64,000 nucleotides of DNA. Source: the human T2T-CHM13v2.0 reference genome, Homo sapiens. The notes below the pieces were generated by a model that searched no databases, was not told where the DNA came from, and worked only from the letters and a program-made list of their open reading frames with translations. Below are positions 29,191-46,034 of this stretch, piece after piece (the first letter of the stretch is position 1; each line of letters opens with the position of its first letter). Both the position numbers and the translations under genes were made by a program. The DNA lies in NCBI RefSeq assembly GCF_009914755.1, contig NC_060931.1. One strand, written 5' to 3'.

Positions 29191-30445
29191 TAAAATTTAT
29201 TTTTTGTAGAGATGGGATCTTGCTATGGTGCCCAGACTGATCTTTAACTCCTGGCCTCAAGCAATCCTCCCACCTTGGCCTCCCAAAGTGCTGGGATTAC
29301 AGGTGTGAGCCACCGCGCCCGGCCGCTTTTTCTTTTTAAAAAGTAAAATATAACAGAGAAAACTGCACAAAACAGAAGTGTTCAAATTATTTTTTTTTTT
29401 TTGAGACAGGGTCTTGCCCTGTTGCCCAGGCTGGAGTGCAGTGGCTCATTCATAGCTCACTGCAGCCTCAAACTCCTGGGTACAAGCGATCCTCCCACCC
29501 TAGCCTCCTGAGTGGCTGGAAGGCCAAGGGAGGATCGCTTGAGCCCAGGAGTTTGAGGCTGTGCCACCACGTGCAACTAGTTTTTTTTTTTTTTTTTTTA
29601 ATTTTTTTAGAAACAGGGTTTCGCTATGTCACCCAGGCTGGTCTCAAACTCACGGGCTCAAGCAATCCTCCCATCTTTGGCCTCCCAAAGTACTGGGACT
29701 ACAAACATGAGCCATCTTGCCCAGCCCCTAGAACGTGTTATCAAATAAACACCGATGCAACCCTCACTCAGCCGAGAAGTAAAATATTGCCAGCCAATCC
29801 CTAGATGCTTCTGCTTGCCGCTTCCCAATCCTAACCAATGCCTTCTCCTGACAATTATGATGGTCATGTCTTTGCATTTCTCTAATGTTTCCCATCATGA
29901 TCAAACTAGTTTTGTTTTGCCTGTGTCCAAACTTTGCATAAATGAGCAGCATGTGTCTGGTGGACCTGGCTTCTTCCACTCAACATTATGATAAGAAGAT
30001 TGACCATTTGGTGCCCATAGCTATTGCTCTTGCATTTTCATTGCTCTATAGATTCTTACTCAACATACCTTAAAAATTTTTTTATTCTGAAATAAGAGCG
30101 GGATGCTATTAAAAAAAGAAAAAAAGAGAACAAAAAAGTCCTCCAGTAAATTTAAAATATGGTAGTTAAGGCTGGGCACGGTGGCTCACACCTGTAATCC
30201 CAGCACTTTGGGAGGCTGAGGTGGGTGGATCACCCGAGGTCAGGAGTTCAAGACCAGCCCGGCCAACATGGCAAAACCCTGTCTCTACGAAAAAAATACA
30301 AAAATCAGCCAGGTGTGGTGGTGTGCACCCGTAATCCCAGCTACTCGGGAGGCTGAGACATGAGAATTGCTTGAGCCCGGGAGGCAGAGGTTTCCATGAG
30401 CTGAGAAGTGCCACTGCACTCCAGCCTGGGTGACAGAATGAGACG

Positions 30446-30608
30446 AAAAAGGAAAGAAAGAGAGAACGAGAGAGAGAAAGAGAGAAAGGAAGGAGGGAAG
30501 GGAAGGGAGGGGAGGAGAGGGGAAGGGAGGAGAGGGGAGGGGAGGGGAAGAGAAGGGGAAGGGAAGGGAAGGGGAAGGGAAAGGGAAGGGAATGGGAAGG
30601 GAAGAAAA
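30446..30608. repeat. Polypurine (GA/GGAAG) tract derived from an Alu tail
   Basis: Almost pure purine strand. Confidence 0.9.
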
Positions 30609-31339
30609 TTAGAGATTAATTCAGGAGATTCAACATCCGCCTAATAGAAATTCCAGAAAGAGGAAGTAGAGAATAGAGAGGCCGGGTGCAGTGGCTCACA
30701 CCTATAATCTCAGCACTTTGGGAGGCTGAAGTAGGAGGATTGCTTGAGGCCAGGAGTTTGAGGCTGCAGTGAGCTATGATTGAGCCACTGTACTCCAGCC
30801 TGGAAAACAAAGCAAGACCTCGTCTCTAAAAGTAATAATACGCCGGGACAGTGGCTCCCCACACTTTGGGAGGCTAAGGTGGGCGGATCACTTGAGGTCA
30901 GGCGTTCGAGACCAGCCTGGCCAACATGATGAAACCCAATCTCCACTCAAAATAAAAAAATTAGCCAGGTGTGGTGCTGCACACCTGTAACCCCAGCTAC
31001 CTGGGAGGCTGAGACAGGAGAATCGCTTGAACCCGGGAGATGGAGGTTGCATGAGGCGAGATCGCATCATTGCACTCCAGCCTGGGTGACAGAATGAGAC
31101 TCTGTCTCAAAATAATAATAATAATAATAAAGTTAAATATAAATAAATAAAAGCAAATGAATAGAATTAGTTTTATTCATTTGTTTTGTTGTTGTTATTG
31201 TTTTGGAGACAGAGTTTTGTTCTTGTCACCCAGGCTGGAGTACAATGACGTGATCTGGGCTCACTGCAACCTTCGCTTCCTGGGTTCAAGCGATTCTCCT
31301 GCCTTAGTCTCCTGAGTAGCTGGGATTAGAGGCGTGTGA

Positions 31340-31847
<508 letters not shown>

Positions 31848-31965
31848 TAATTTAAAGTTTGCACAAAACATTATGCTTGTTATTTTTAAATATGTGATTA
31901 TAGGCCGGGAACAATGGCTCACACCTGGAATCCCAGCACTTTGAGAGGCTGAGGCGGGCAGATCA

Positions 31966-32205
<240 letters not shown>

Positions 32206-32932
32206 TTATAAGTGAGATGTATTATATTTCTTTGTCCTTAAGAAAAGTAAGCACAAAGCCACAGTCAAGAAGGGTATAGCCAGCAGAGGGACTGTCTTGG
32301 GCAAAGGTGTGAGCCAAGCACTGGGCTTGCTGGTGTGTCTGGGCTGGGTGAGAGACACAGGTGTTGGGAACCCAGGCTCTATGAGTGGGGCTGGGAGAGC
32401 AATGGCAGGTCACTAAGGCCCAGCAAGCCCTGATCACCAGGCTGACCCGTGTGGGTATGACACTAAGAAGATGAGAGCCAGTGAAGGCTTTGGAGCGGGG
32501 TAGAGGCGATGTCGGGCATCAGAAAGACCTGACCTCTCCTACTGGGTGGCTGGGGTTGAGACACAGGGGAGGGGGCTGTAGCCAAGGCACCCCCGGCTGG
32601 CTCAGCCACCCGGGAGGGAGAGGGGAGCCTGAGCCCAGAATACTGGAGATTTCTCCTCGGCCGAGGATGTGGGAAGGACTGCAGGGCTCTCGTGGGCCAA
32701 ACCTCCCACTTTTATAGGAGGAAGCATTCTTTACCCAGGTGCAGGGAAGAAGGAAGGGAATTCCAAACAAGACAGAAACTCCAGTCAGTGTGTCCGCCCA
32801 CTTGGGGGAAGCAAACCTCTGTGCAGAGGGAATGAGGCTCCACCAGGCAGCCAGGGCTGCCTACCCAGCAGGCACAGGGGACACCATGCCCAGAGCCCAC
32901 CACGTGCTCAGGGGCCCCCAAAGGCTGGCTTG

Positions 32933-33122
32933 CTCTTTCTTCTTCCTTCCTTCCTTCCTTTCTTTCCTTCCTTCCTTCCTCCCTCCCTGTCTCTCTCTCT
33001 CTTTCTTCCTTCCTTCTTTTCTTCTCTTTCTTTCCCTTCCTTCCTTCCTTCCTCCTTCCCTCCCTCCTCCTCCTCCTCCTCCTCTTCCTTCTTCCTCTTC
33101 CTCTCTCTCTCTCTCTTTCTTT
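32933..33122. repeat. Polypyrimidine (TTCC/TC/TCC) tract
   Basis: Almost pure pyrimidine strand. Confidence 0.9.
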
Positions 33123-33270
33123 CAGACAGAGTCTCGCTCTGCTGCCCAGGCTGAAGTGCAATGGTGCGGCCTCAGCTCACTGCAACCTCCACCTCCCAAG
33201 TTCAAGCAATTCTCCTGCCTCAGCCTCTGAATAGCTGGGATTACAGGTGCCCACCACCACGCCCGGCTAA

Positions 33271-33414
<144 letters not shown>

Positions 33415-33809
33415 TAAAATCAGAAGGAAAAAATATATATAACTTTTAGGCCAAAAATGTCTTCATGTATATTAATAGATTCATCTTTTCCCAATGTAAC
33501 CATAAATATCATTTTTTAAAATTATTATTATTTTAGAAACAGGGTCTCACTCTGACGCCCAGGCTGAAGTGCAGTGGTACGATCTTAGCTCACTGCAGCC
33601 TCCAATTCCTGGGCTCAAGCGATCCTCCCACATCAGCTTCTTGAATGTGACCTCAGGCAGAAGTCACCGTGCCTGGCTAATTTTTAATTTAATTTTTTTT
33701 TTTTTGGTAAAGATGGGTTCTCATTATGTTGCCCAGGCCGGTCTTGAACTCCTGGCCTCAAGTGATCCTCCTGCCTTGGCCTCCTAAGGTGCTGGTATTA
33801 TAGGATTGA

Positions 33810-33962
<153 letters not shown>

Positions 33963-34158
33963 TAGCTGGGATTACAGGCATGCACCACCACACCCAAATA
34001 ATTTTCTATTTTTAGTAGAGACAGGGTTTCTCCACATTGGTCAGGCTGGTCTTGAACTCCCGACCTCAGGTGATCCTCCCACTTTGGCCTCATAAAGTGC
34101 TGGGATTACAGGCATGTGCCACCGCACGTGGCCTAATTTTCTAATTTTTTTTTTTTTA

Positions 34159-34582
<424 letters not shown>

Positions 34583-34601
34583 TCATGGAGACAGTGAATG
34601 G

Positions 34602-34617
34602 AGTGTGTGTGTGTGTG

Positions 34618-34650
<33 letters not shown>

Positions 34651-34686
34651 TTGTGTGCGTGTGTGTGAGTGAGAGAGACAGAGAGG
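34602..34686. repeat. (GT)n/(GA)n microsatellite
   Basis: Interrupted GT run followed by GA. Confidence 0.9.
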
Positions 34687-35039
34687 AAGAAGGGAGGGAG
34701 GGACGGTTACAGGAGTGTGGGAAAGTCAACAGGAAAAGGAGGGAAGGTTCGCTGTGAACTGACAGTAACTGTGACCTCACAGGCATGTGCGGAGTCCCCG
34801 CCCCACCAGGCACTGTGCCAAGGCCAGTACCTTCATGTCATGAGACCCTCTCAGCAACTCTATAACCTTGTCCCCACCAGAATATTCCTTTCACAGCTGA
34901 GAAAACAACAGCACAAAGAGGATGAATTAAAAATTGTCTAACATGCTGGGCGCAGTGGCTCACGCCTGTAATCCCAGCACTTTAGGAAGCTGAGGCAGGT
35001 GGATTATCTGAAGTCAGAAGTTTGAGACCAGCCTGGCTA

Positions 35040-35432
<393 letters not shown>

Positions 35433-35804
35433 TCATGCCTGTAATCCCAGCATGTTGGGAGACCGAGGCAGGAGGATCACATGAAGCCAGAAGTTCAAGA
35501 CCAGCCTAGGCAACATCTCAAGACACTATCTCTAGAAAAAATTAAAAATTAGCCAGGCATGGTGGTGGGCGCTTATAGTAGCAGCTACTCAGGATGCTGA
35601 GGCTGGAGAATCACTTGAACCCGGGAGGCAGAGTCTGCAGTGAACTGAGATTGTGCCACTGCACTCCAGCCAAAAAAAAAAAAAGAATTGACTGAAAAGG
35701 GGCTGGGTGTGGCAGCTCATGCATATAATCCTGGCACTCTGGGAGGCCGAGGCAGGAGGATACATTGAGGCCAGGAGTTCGAGACCAGCCTAGGCAACGT
35801 CTCA

Positions 35805-36520
<716 letters not shown>

Positions 36521-36755
36521 TTAGCAGATCGAGGACCCAGGTGAGTGTCTCCTCCTTGGGGTGTCCAACTCTCATTTCTAGAGGACTTCATTCAACAGAT
36601 ACGTACTTAGCACAGTGCTGAGGGCACGGCAATGAATTGGACCCAGCCTGGGGGACAACGGGGTGGGAGATGACAAGGCAGGTTAGGTGGGTATGCCCTG
36701 GAGGGGGTGATGACCAAGTCAAGTCCTAGGACTGAGTTAGCTCGAACTAGGTTAG

Positions 36756-37208
<453 letters not shown>

Positions 37209-38539
37209 TAACTCCTAACCTCAAGCGATCCACCCACCTCAGTCTCCCAAAGTGCTGAGATTACAGACTTGAGCCACCGCACCTGGCCAGTTGCAGATTT
37301 TTTTTTTTTTTTTTTTTTTTGAGATGGAGTCTTGCTCTGTCACTCAGTCTGGAGTGCACTGGCGTGATCTTGGCTAACTGCAACCTCTGTCTCCCAGGTT
37401 CAAGCGATTCTCCTGCCTCAGCCTCCTGAGTAGCTGGGATTACAGGCGCACGCCACCATACCCAGCTAATTTTTGTATTTTTAGTAGAGATGGGGGTTTC
37501 ACTAGGCTGATCTCCTACTCCTGACCTCGTGATCCATGCGCCTCGGCCTCTCAGAGTGCTGGGATTACAGGTGTGAGCCACCACGCCTGGCCCAGGTGCA
37601 GCTCTTTTAAAGTTCCTGCTGGGCTGGGCACAGGGGCTCACATCTGTAATCCCAGCACTTTGGGAGGCCAAGGCAGGAGGATTGCTTGAGCCCAGGAGTT
37701 TGAGACCAGCTTGGGCCACATGGCAAAACCCCATTTCTACAAAAAATATTTAATACAAAAATTAGCTGGATGTGGTAGCTTGAGCCTGTGGTCCCAGCTA
37801 CTTGGGAGGCTGAGGTGGGAGGATGGTTTGTGAGTCCAGGAGACAGAGGTTGCTGTGAGCCAAGATCGCGCCTCTGAACTCCAGCCTGGGCGACAGAGTG
37901 AGACCCTGTCTCAAAATAAAGCTCCTGCTGTGACCAGGTGGGGCCACTAAGCACTCATAGGAGGCTGGGAAAAACTTAGTGTAGGGCTGGGGGCAGGGAG
38001 TGGCACCCCCCACCCTAAAGACGTCCTGCCAGAGCAAGGGTAGTGGAGACAGGTACCCTTGTCCCCGCCCCGGCACACATCACTGGGGCAAGGTGAGGGG
38101 CTGGGCCAAGTGCTACCTGCCCCTTGGACCAGGGACTGACTGCTACCTGGGGGGACTGAAGGGAGACAGTAGGGAGGAAGAGGCTGTGCCAGTGGGGGGC
38201 GGGGAGGCCCACTCCTATCCTGCACACATGCCCCAGGCTGAGAGAGGACGTGGTCTGCGGAGGCTGAAGGTCACAGCCCCACCTGCCCCGCCGTGCTGGG
38301 CTTTGCCCCTCATACCTGGAGAGGCGGGTGGGCCGGGAGCCAGGGTCCTGCGTTGGCTGCAGTGGCCCGCCTGCGGCTGGGCCAGCCAAGCAGGGTCAAG
38401 AAAGTCCCCAGAACACCTTGGGGACCATCTCTCCCAGAGCCTCCCCCAGGCAGGGGCCGGGCACAGTGCAGCTTGCTGGCCTCAGGGGCTGGCCCAGGAG
38501 TCAGGTGACATTCCCTGGGGACCCCCCTGGGACCAGCAC

Positions 38540-38980
38540 AGCCTCCGAGAAGGTGGGCTCCCGGCCCGGCCCGGGGCTGGGGCAGGGCTCTGCGCCTGCG
38601 CCGTCTGAGGCCCAGGCTGCAGGGAGCTGGGACCCCGGGTCCTTCCAGGTTCCCTGGCCCCTCTGTGGGCCGGACAGGCCGGCGGGAAGGAGGGTGGGGG
38701 TGGGGGACGCTGGGGCCTCTTTCCTGGTCGCCCGGCGGCAGCTGAGGTTATTTTTTCCCCCTCGCCGCTGCAGAATTTCCCTCCGAGTTGGATAAATAAG
38801 CAGCAGAGTCCAACGTCAACGAAACAGGAGCTCGCTGGGCCGCACAAAAGCGGCTTTCAGCAGCGGCGGCGCCTCCGGGCCTGTCCCGTGGCCGGGGCTC
38901 CCCGAGCAGCGCAGAGAGCGGGACTGCCCTTGGCCGACGCTGCGATCACGGCCTCAGAGGCCTCCAGGGCTCCGGCGCTT
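38540..38980. promoter_or_regulatory. Small CpG-rich unique segment, candidate distal element
   Basis: Cluster of retained CpGs in non-repeat GC-rich DNA about 9.5 kb upstream of FZD9. Confidence 0.45.
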
Positions 38981-39313
38981 GTCCACTTCTCTTTTTCATT
39001 TTTATTTTTAATTTAAATTTTTTTTTAAGAGATGAGGTCTCGCTCTGTCTCCCAGGCTGGAGTGCAGTGGTACAATCACAGCTCACTGCAGCCTCTACCT
39101 CCCGGTTCAAGCGATCCTCCCGCCTCAGCCTCCCGAGTAGCTGGGACTACAGCTGTGAGCCACTGGGCTTGTGTCCTCTTCTGTCCTCTCTTCTGGTCCC
39201 CACCTGCTCCCTGCAGAACCCATGCTTGCCATTTGCCCCCACAGCACTCTGTGCAGCCCCTATTAAGGACTCCCTCCCTTAAAACCTGTGGCTCCGCCAG
39301 GCGTGGTGGCTCA

Positions 39314-39634
<321 letters not shown>

Positions 39635-39908
39635 CTAAGGCTCCTCATTGCCCGAGGGAAGATCCTGGCTTTCCAGACCCGCAGCATGAAGTGGGCTACT
39701 TCCTGTTTCTCGCCAGTGCTTTTGCAGAGGCTGGTCCCTCTGTCAACAACACCCTTCCCTCTCTTCTACCTGGCTCCCACTGGGTTTTGAGATTCAGCTC
39801 CTGCATTGTTTTTGCTGACTCCAGCCCCCACAGCTTCTCTCTCTAATCATGGGCATCAGCTGACACCAGAGTGGTCACTGCTCTGTCTGTCACTCCAGCT
39901 GATCTTGA

Positions 39909-40100
<192 letters not shown>

Positions 40101-40660
40101 TAAAAAATATATAGAGAGAGATAGGGTCTCACTATGTTGCCCAGGCTAGTCTCAAACTCCTGGCCTCAAGTGATCCTCCCACCTTGGCCTCCCAAAGCAC
40201 TGGGATTCAGGCATGAGCCACTATGCCCGGTCCCAAATTTGGCTCATCTTGTGTCCCCCGAACCCAGTCTAGTCTGTGCTGTGTGCTGCAGAGGCACAAA
40301 AGGGCCATTGCCTGGCATGGAGTAAGTGCTCACTTAATGTCCCCTATTAAAAAGTGACATAAAATCAGGCAGAGGTTATAGTGAGCCGAGATCGCGCTAC
40401 TGCACTCCATCCTGGGTGACAGAGCAAGACTCTGTCTCAAAAAAAAAAACAGTGACATAAAATCATAACATTATATTCTATATAACAAATGCAAACTAAT
40501 CTGTCATGACAAAATGTAGTGCAGTGATTGGCTGCCTGACTATAGATGCAAGGAAGGGAGGGAGGGCACAAGAAAACTTTTGGGGTGATAAATATACTCG
40601 CTGTCTTTTTTTTTTTTTTTTGAGGCAGAGTCTCACTCCGTCGCCCAGACTGGAGTGTAG

Positions 40661-40939
<279 letters not shown>

Positions 40940-41062
40940 TGAGGTCAGGAGAGGCCAACATGGAGAGACCAGCCTGGCCAACATGGTGAAACTCCGTCTC
41001 TACTAAAAATACAAAAAATTTAGCTGGGCGTAGTGGCGCATTCCTGTAATCCCAGCTACTCA

Positions 41063-41227
<165 letters not shown>

Positions 41228-41777
41228 TTAATATTTAATAAATGGTAGTTATGATTAAGCTCCTTTCACACTATACTGTAGTATGTACTAGTTATTAATT
41301 TTTTTTTGGACAGGGTCTCTGTGCCCAGGCTGGAGTGCAGTGGTGATTGCAACCATAGTTCACTGCAGCCTCGACCTCCTGGGCCCAAGTGATCCTCCTG
41401 CCTCAGCCTCCCAAGTAGCTGGGACTACAGGTGTGTGCTACCATACTCGGTTAATTTTTTCCTTTTTTTGTAGACATGGGGTCTCACTTTGCTGCCCAGG
41501 CTGGAGTGCAGTGGCAAGATCACAGCTTACTGCAGCCTCGACCTCCCAGCTCAACCAATCCTCCTGCCTCAGACTCCCGAGTAGTTAGGGCCACAGTTGC
41601 ACACCATTACACCTGCCTAGTTTTTAAATTTTTGGTAGAGATGGGGTCTCGCTATGTTGCCCAGTCTACTCTCAAACCCCCAGGCTCAAACGATCTTCCC
41701 ACATCGGCCTCCCAAAGTGCTGGGATTACAGGCGTGAACCACCAAGACTGGCCAGTTATTAACATTTTAATGTGCTA

Positions 41778-42200
<423 letters not shown>

Positions 42201-42392
42201 CTAGTATAGCCCTTGATAGCTCATAAAGGGAAACTCAGTTAGAACCAGGGCTCAAGCTACAGAAGGGAAAATATTCCCTGAGCCACACCCGGGGTCTTTC
42301 CAGCCCCGCCCCTGTGCACAGCCTGTGTACCTGGGCACAGGTGCACACACAGGAGTAAACAGGCACCTGCATGGACCCTGTGTGTACACCTA

Positions 42393-43008
42393 ACCTACAC
42401 ACACAGAGACACACACACACACACAGACGCACACACACACAGACACACACACAGACAGATGCGCACACACAGACACACACACAGACACAGACACATAGAG
42501 ACACACACACAGAGACACACATACAGAGCCACACACACAGACACACACAGAGACACACACAGACACACACACAGAGACACACACAGAACCACACACACAA
42601 AGACACGCACACACACACAGAGACACACACACACACAGAGACACACACAGACACACAGATGCACACACAGACACAGACACACACAGATACACACACATAC
42701 ACACATAGAGACACACAAAGACATACACACACACACAGAGATACACACAGACACACACACAGACACACACACAGAACACCCCCACACACAGACACACACA
42801 CACAGAGACACACATACAGAGACACACAGACACACACACACAGAGACAGACACACACACTCAGAGACACACATACACACACAGAGACACACACACACACA
42901 GAGACACACACAGAGACACAGACACACACAGAGACACACACACAGAGACACACACAGAGACACACACACACAGACAGACACACAGCCCCCCACCCAACAC
43001 ACACACAC
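42393..43008. repeat. About 600-bp complex (CA)n/(CAGA)/(CAGAGA) microsatellite
   Basis: Directly visible; it produces the spurious VCVC and THTH ORFs. Confidence 0.95.
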
Positions 43009-43874
43009 TAACTGGCACCTGCCTCCGCAGGAACACACTGGTGCTCCTGCCCATCCTGCCCCAGGGAGCAGGTGTGTCGGGTGGACCTGCTGGGTACCCC
43101 GAGACCACAGACAGCCTCTCCTGTAGGGCAGCCCAGGCACCTGAAGGAGGCGCAGGATATTCCCCTTTCTGGTCCCTGCTTACTCACACCGCCACCTCTC
43201 TCCCCCAGAATCCAATCAATACCCCTTCCCCAGCCTTAGGCCCCACAAGAGTTCAGCCATTCCAGAAGGATCTCTGCTCCTCTTCTCATTCTGACATTCT
43301 TTAGACACAACAGATATTTATGGGGGCCCACTCCAGGGCAGGCTCCCAGACGCTGCAGAGCACAGCCAGGGCCCTGACCTCCCCAGGCTCATGGGGATGA
43401 AGGCACAGGTGCAGCATGGTGGCTGCAAGGCACAGAGGTGGGCACGAGGGTCCGCAGGGCGCTGAGTGGGGGTCATCCTGGAGGAGGCAGGAAAGGAAGG
43501 GGAGGGTGTACCCTCTAGGGGTTGACATGTGTTCGGGGAGGGGAGGGTTGGGGATGCAGGGACACAGGTCAGGAGGGCGTCCCTTCCCACATATGCAGGA
43601 CAACTACTGGCCCCAGCCAGGGGTCCCAGGAGGGACGGCTTCTCCCCAGGGGGAGGAGGAGTTAGGGGGGCCCCTCGGCCCAGGGAGGGGTGCCGGAGAT
43701 GGGCATTGATAGTGACCTCCCTCCTCCCGGCCCCTCCGGTCCTCCGGTCCTCCGCATAGTCTCCCTTTCAGTGAGCTCCAGGAGCATTGTTCCACCTTTG
43801 TAAAGAGGGAGATCGGGTGACAAAGCCGGGTGGGTGGGCAGGAGGCCAGAGGCCTCTTCTCTCCCAGGCCGCAT

Positions 43875-44045
43875 CTGCGTGGGGGCGGAGCTCATCCACT
43901 CCCCTCCTCTGGCTTCCCAGGCGCGGCCGTTGCCATGGTGACAGGCCTGGCATCCCACGGCCCCTGGGGCGCCCTGCCCACCGAAGCTGCCAGAGGAAGG
44001 GCCCCCCGACGCTTCTCCACCCTGGCAAGATGGGGGCGGGGGCCC
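43875..44045. promoter_or_regulatory. Candidate regulatory element: RFX X-box plus GC boxes
   Basis: GTTGCCATGGTGAC at 43929-43942; GGGGGCGGAGC at 43881-43891; GGGGGCGGGG at 44032-44041; unique, locally CpG-retaining sequence. Confidence 0.5.
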
Positions 44046-44851
44046 ACAAAACCTGGCTCTTAGGCTAGCCCCAGCACTGGGAGGTTTCTAGCAGCCTGAA
44101 CCTCCCAAGTCTGTGGGAGGGGAGCCCCACCTCCTGGCACCCTGACAGCTGGGGGCTCAGGAGTTGGGGCCACACATCACTATCATCTGTGCACCTAGGC
44201 CTCCTTGGGGCCAGATACAGAGAAATAATATGGTTGTTTTTTTGTGGGTTTTTTTGTGGAGAGAGGGGGTCTTGCTGTGTTGCCCAGGCTGGTCTTGAAC
44301 TCTGGGCTCAAGCAATCCTCCCACCTTGGCCTCCCAAAGTACTAGGATTGCAGGTGTGAGTCATTGCACCCGGCCAATATGTTATTTCTTGATGTTATTC
44401 CATGGCCCTTGAACAGTGGCTGGCATGGGGCCGAGGGAGGGCACGGATGCAGAGGCCACAGTGTGCTGGACAGATGGGCTGGCCTGGACCCTGGATCCAC
44501 AGAGCAGAGCCTCCAGCCCCAGCCCAGCTCTGCTGGGCTGGCCCTGGGAGGTGATGCTTCAATCTGGGGTGCCAGATGGAACAGAAGAGGAGGAAGACCT
44601 TCAGAGCTGGGGAAACAAGCCTGGCAAAGGCCTGGAAGCATGGCTTTGCAGGGTGTTTCTGGGGAGGAGTAAGAGTGGGGTGTCGGGTGTGACAGGAAAT
44701 GAAGAGGTGAGGCGGGGTCTCTGCTTGGAGGAACTTCCACTGCCATCCCTGAGAGCATGCACTTTATTCTGGGCAGCTGCTGCTGAAGTTTTGGGACCCT
44801 CCATTATCAATGCCCAGGTGATCAAAGCTGGGTCCCTTCCCTTCCCTGCAG

Positions 44852-45035
44852 TGCCCTGCCCTGCCCTGCCCTCCCTTCCCCCCCGCTCCCCTCCCCCTCC
44901 CCCTCCCTCCCTCTAACCCCTCCCCCTCCCTCCCCTTCCCCTCCTCCCCCTCCCTCCCCTTCCCCTCCTCCCCCTCCCTCCCCTTCCCCTCCTCCCCCCT
45001 CCCCCTCCCCCTGCCTCCCCTCCCCCTCTCCCTGT
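44852..45035. repeat. C-rich tract with repeated CCCCTCCCTCCCCTTCCCCTCCT units
   Basis: Directly visible, at an Alu tail. Confidence 0.9.
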
Positions 45036-46034
45036 CTTTCTTTTTATTTTTTTTCTAGAGATAGGGTCTCACTCTGTTGCCCAGGCTGGAGTGCAGTGGT
45101 GTGATCATGGCTCACTGCAGCCTCCCAGGCTCAAGGGATTCTCCAGCCTCAGCCTCTTGAGTAGCTGAGACTACAGGCGCATACCACCATCCCTGACTTT
45201 TTTGTTTATTTTTGTTTTAGAGATGGTGGGGTCTTGCTATTTTGCCCAGGCTGGTCTCGAACTCCTGGGCTCAAGTGATTCTCCCACCTTGGCCTCCCAA
45301 AGTGCTAGGATTACAGGCTTGAGCCACGGTGCCTCACCTGGGTCCCCCAGGGTCACAGGTACCATACTCCTGCCTTACCTCTTTGGGAACTTCAGGACGT
45401 CTCATGGCCCACATGTGGCTGAGTACTATCCTGTGCTGGACACAGGGCTGGCTGCGTCTCCTTGGTGCCCCATCTCCCGATCCTCTTGAGGAGCGAGGGG
45501 CTGAGTGTATGCACGAGATGGCATGTCCCCTGCCTGGTCCCCTCCCTGCTCCAGCACAGCTCTAAGGGTAGCAGAGTACTAATTACAGGGATGTGTGGGA
45601 AATGATGGCCCCATTTTCTCACCATTGCCACCACCACTGCTGACTCCTTCCCAAGTCCCTACCACAGGCCAGGCTCTAGTGCAGGCAGGTGTGGCTGAGC
45701 TGGGCCGGCTGGGCTGGTGTCCTGCCTCTGGTGGTGTTAACAGGCAGCCTCTTGCAATGGAGGAGCCTGGATGCCAATCTTGACCCTTACGAGCTGCGTA
45801 ATCCTGGGCAAATATTTGAGTTTGCTAAGCCTCAATTTCTCATCTGTATATGGGTACGGGATTCCTTGTAGCACTGTGATGAGGGTGAACAAATGATCAC
45901 TGTAAAATCCCTGGCCCAGAGCCCAGGAGGCTCACAACAGGTCCTCGGTCAGTTTCTGTGCCTCCCTGAAGTTCTAGGTTACTCACTCATTCATTCACTC
46001 ACCATCCCTGGGCTCAGCCAGGGTGCCTAGCCCT

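Noticed and set aside
38858-38875. TTCAGCAGCGGCGGCGCC as a REST or CTCF site
   Set aside because: Only partial matches; spacing and core bases fit neither consensus.
42235-43304. Long ORFs of 154-301 aa (VCVC or THTH rich)
   Set aside because: They are translations of the CA microsatellite.
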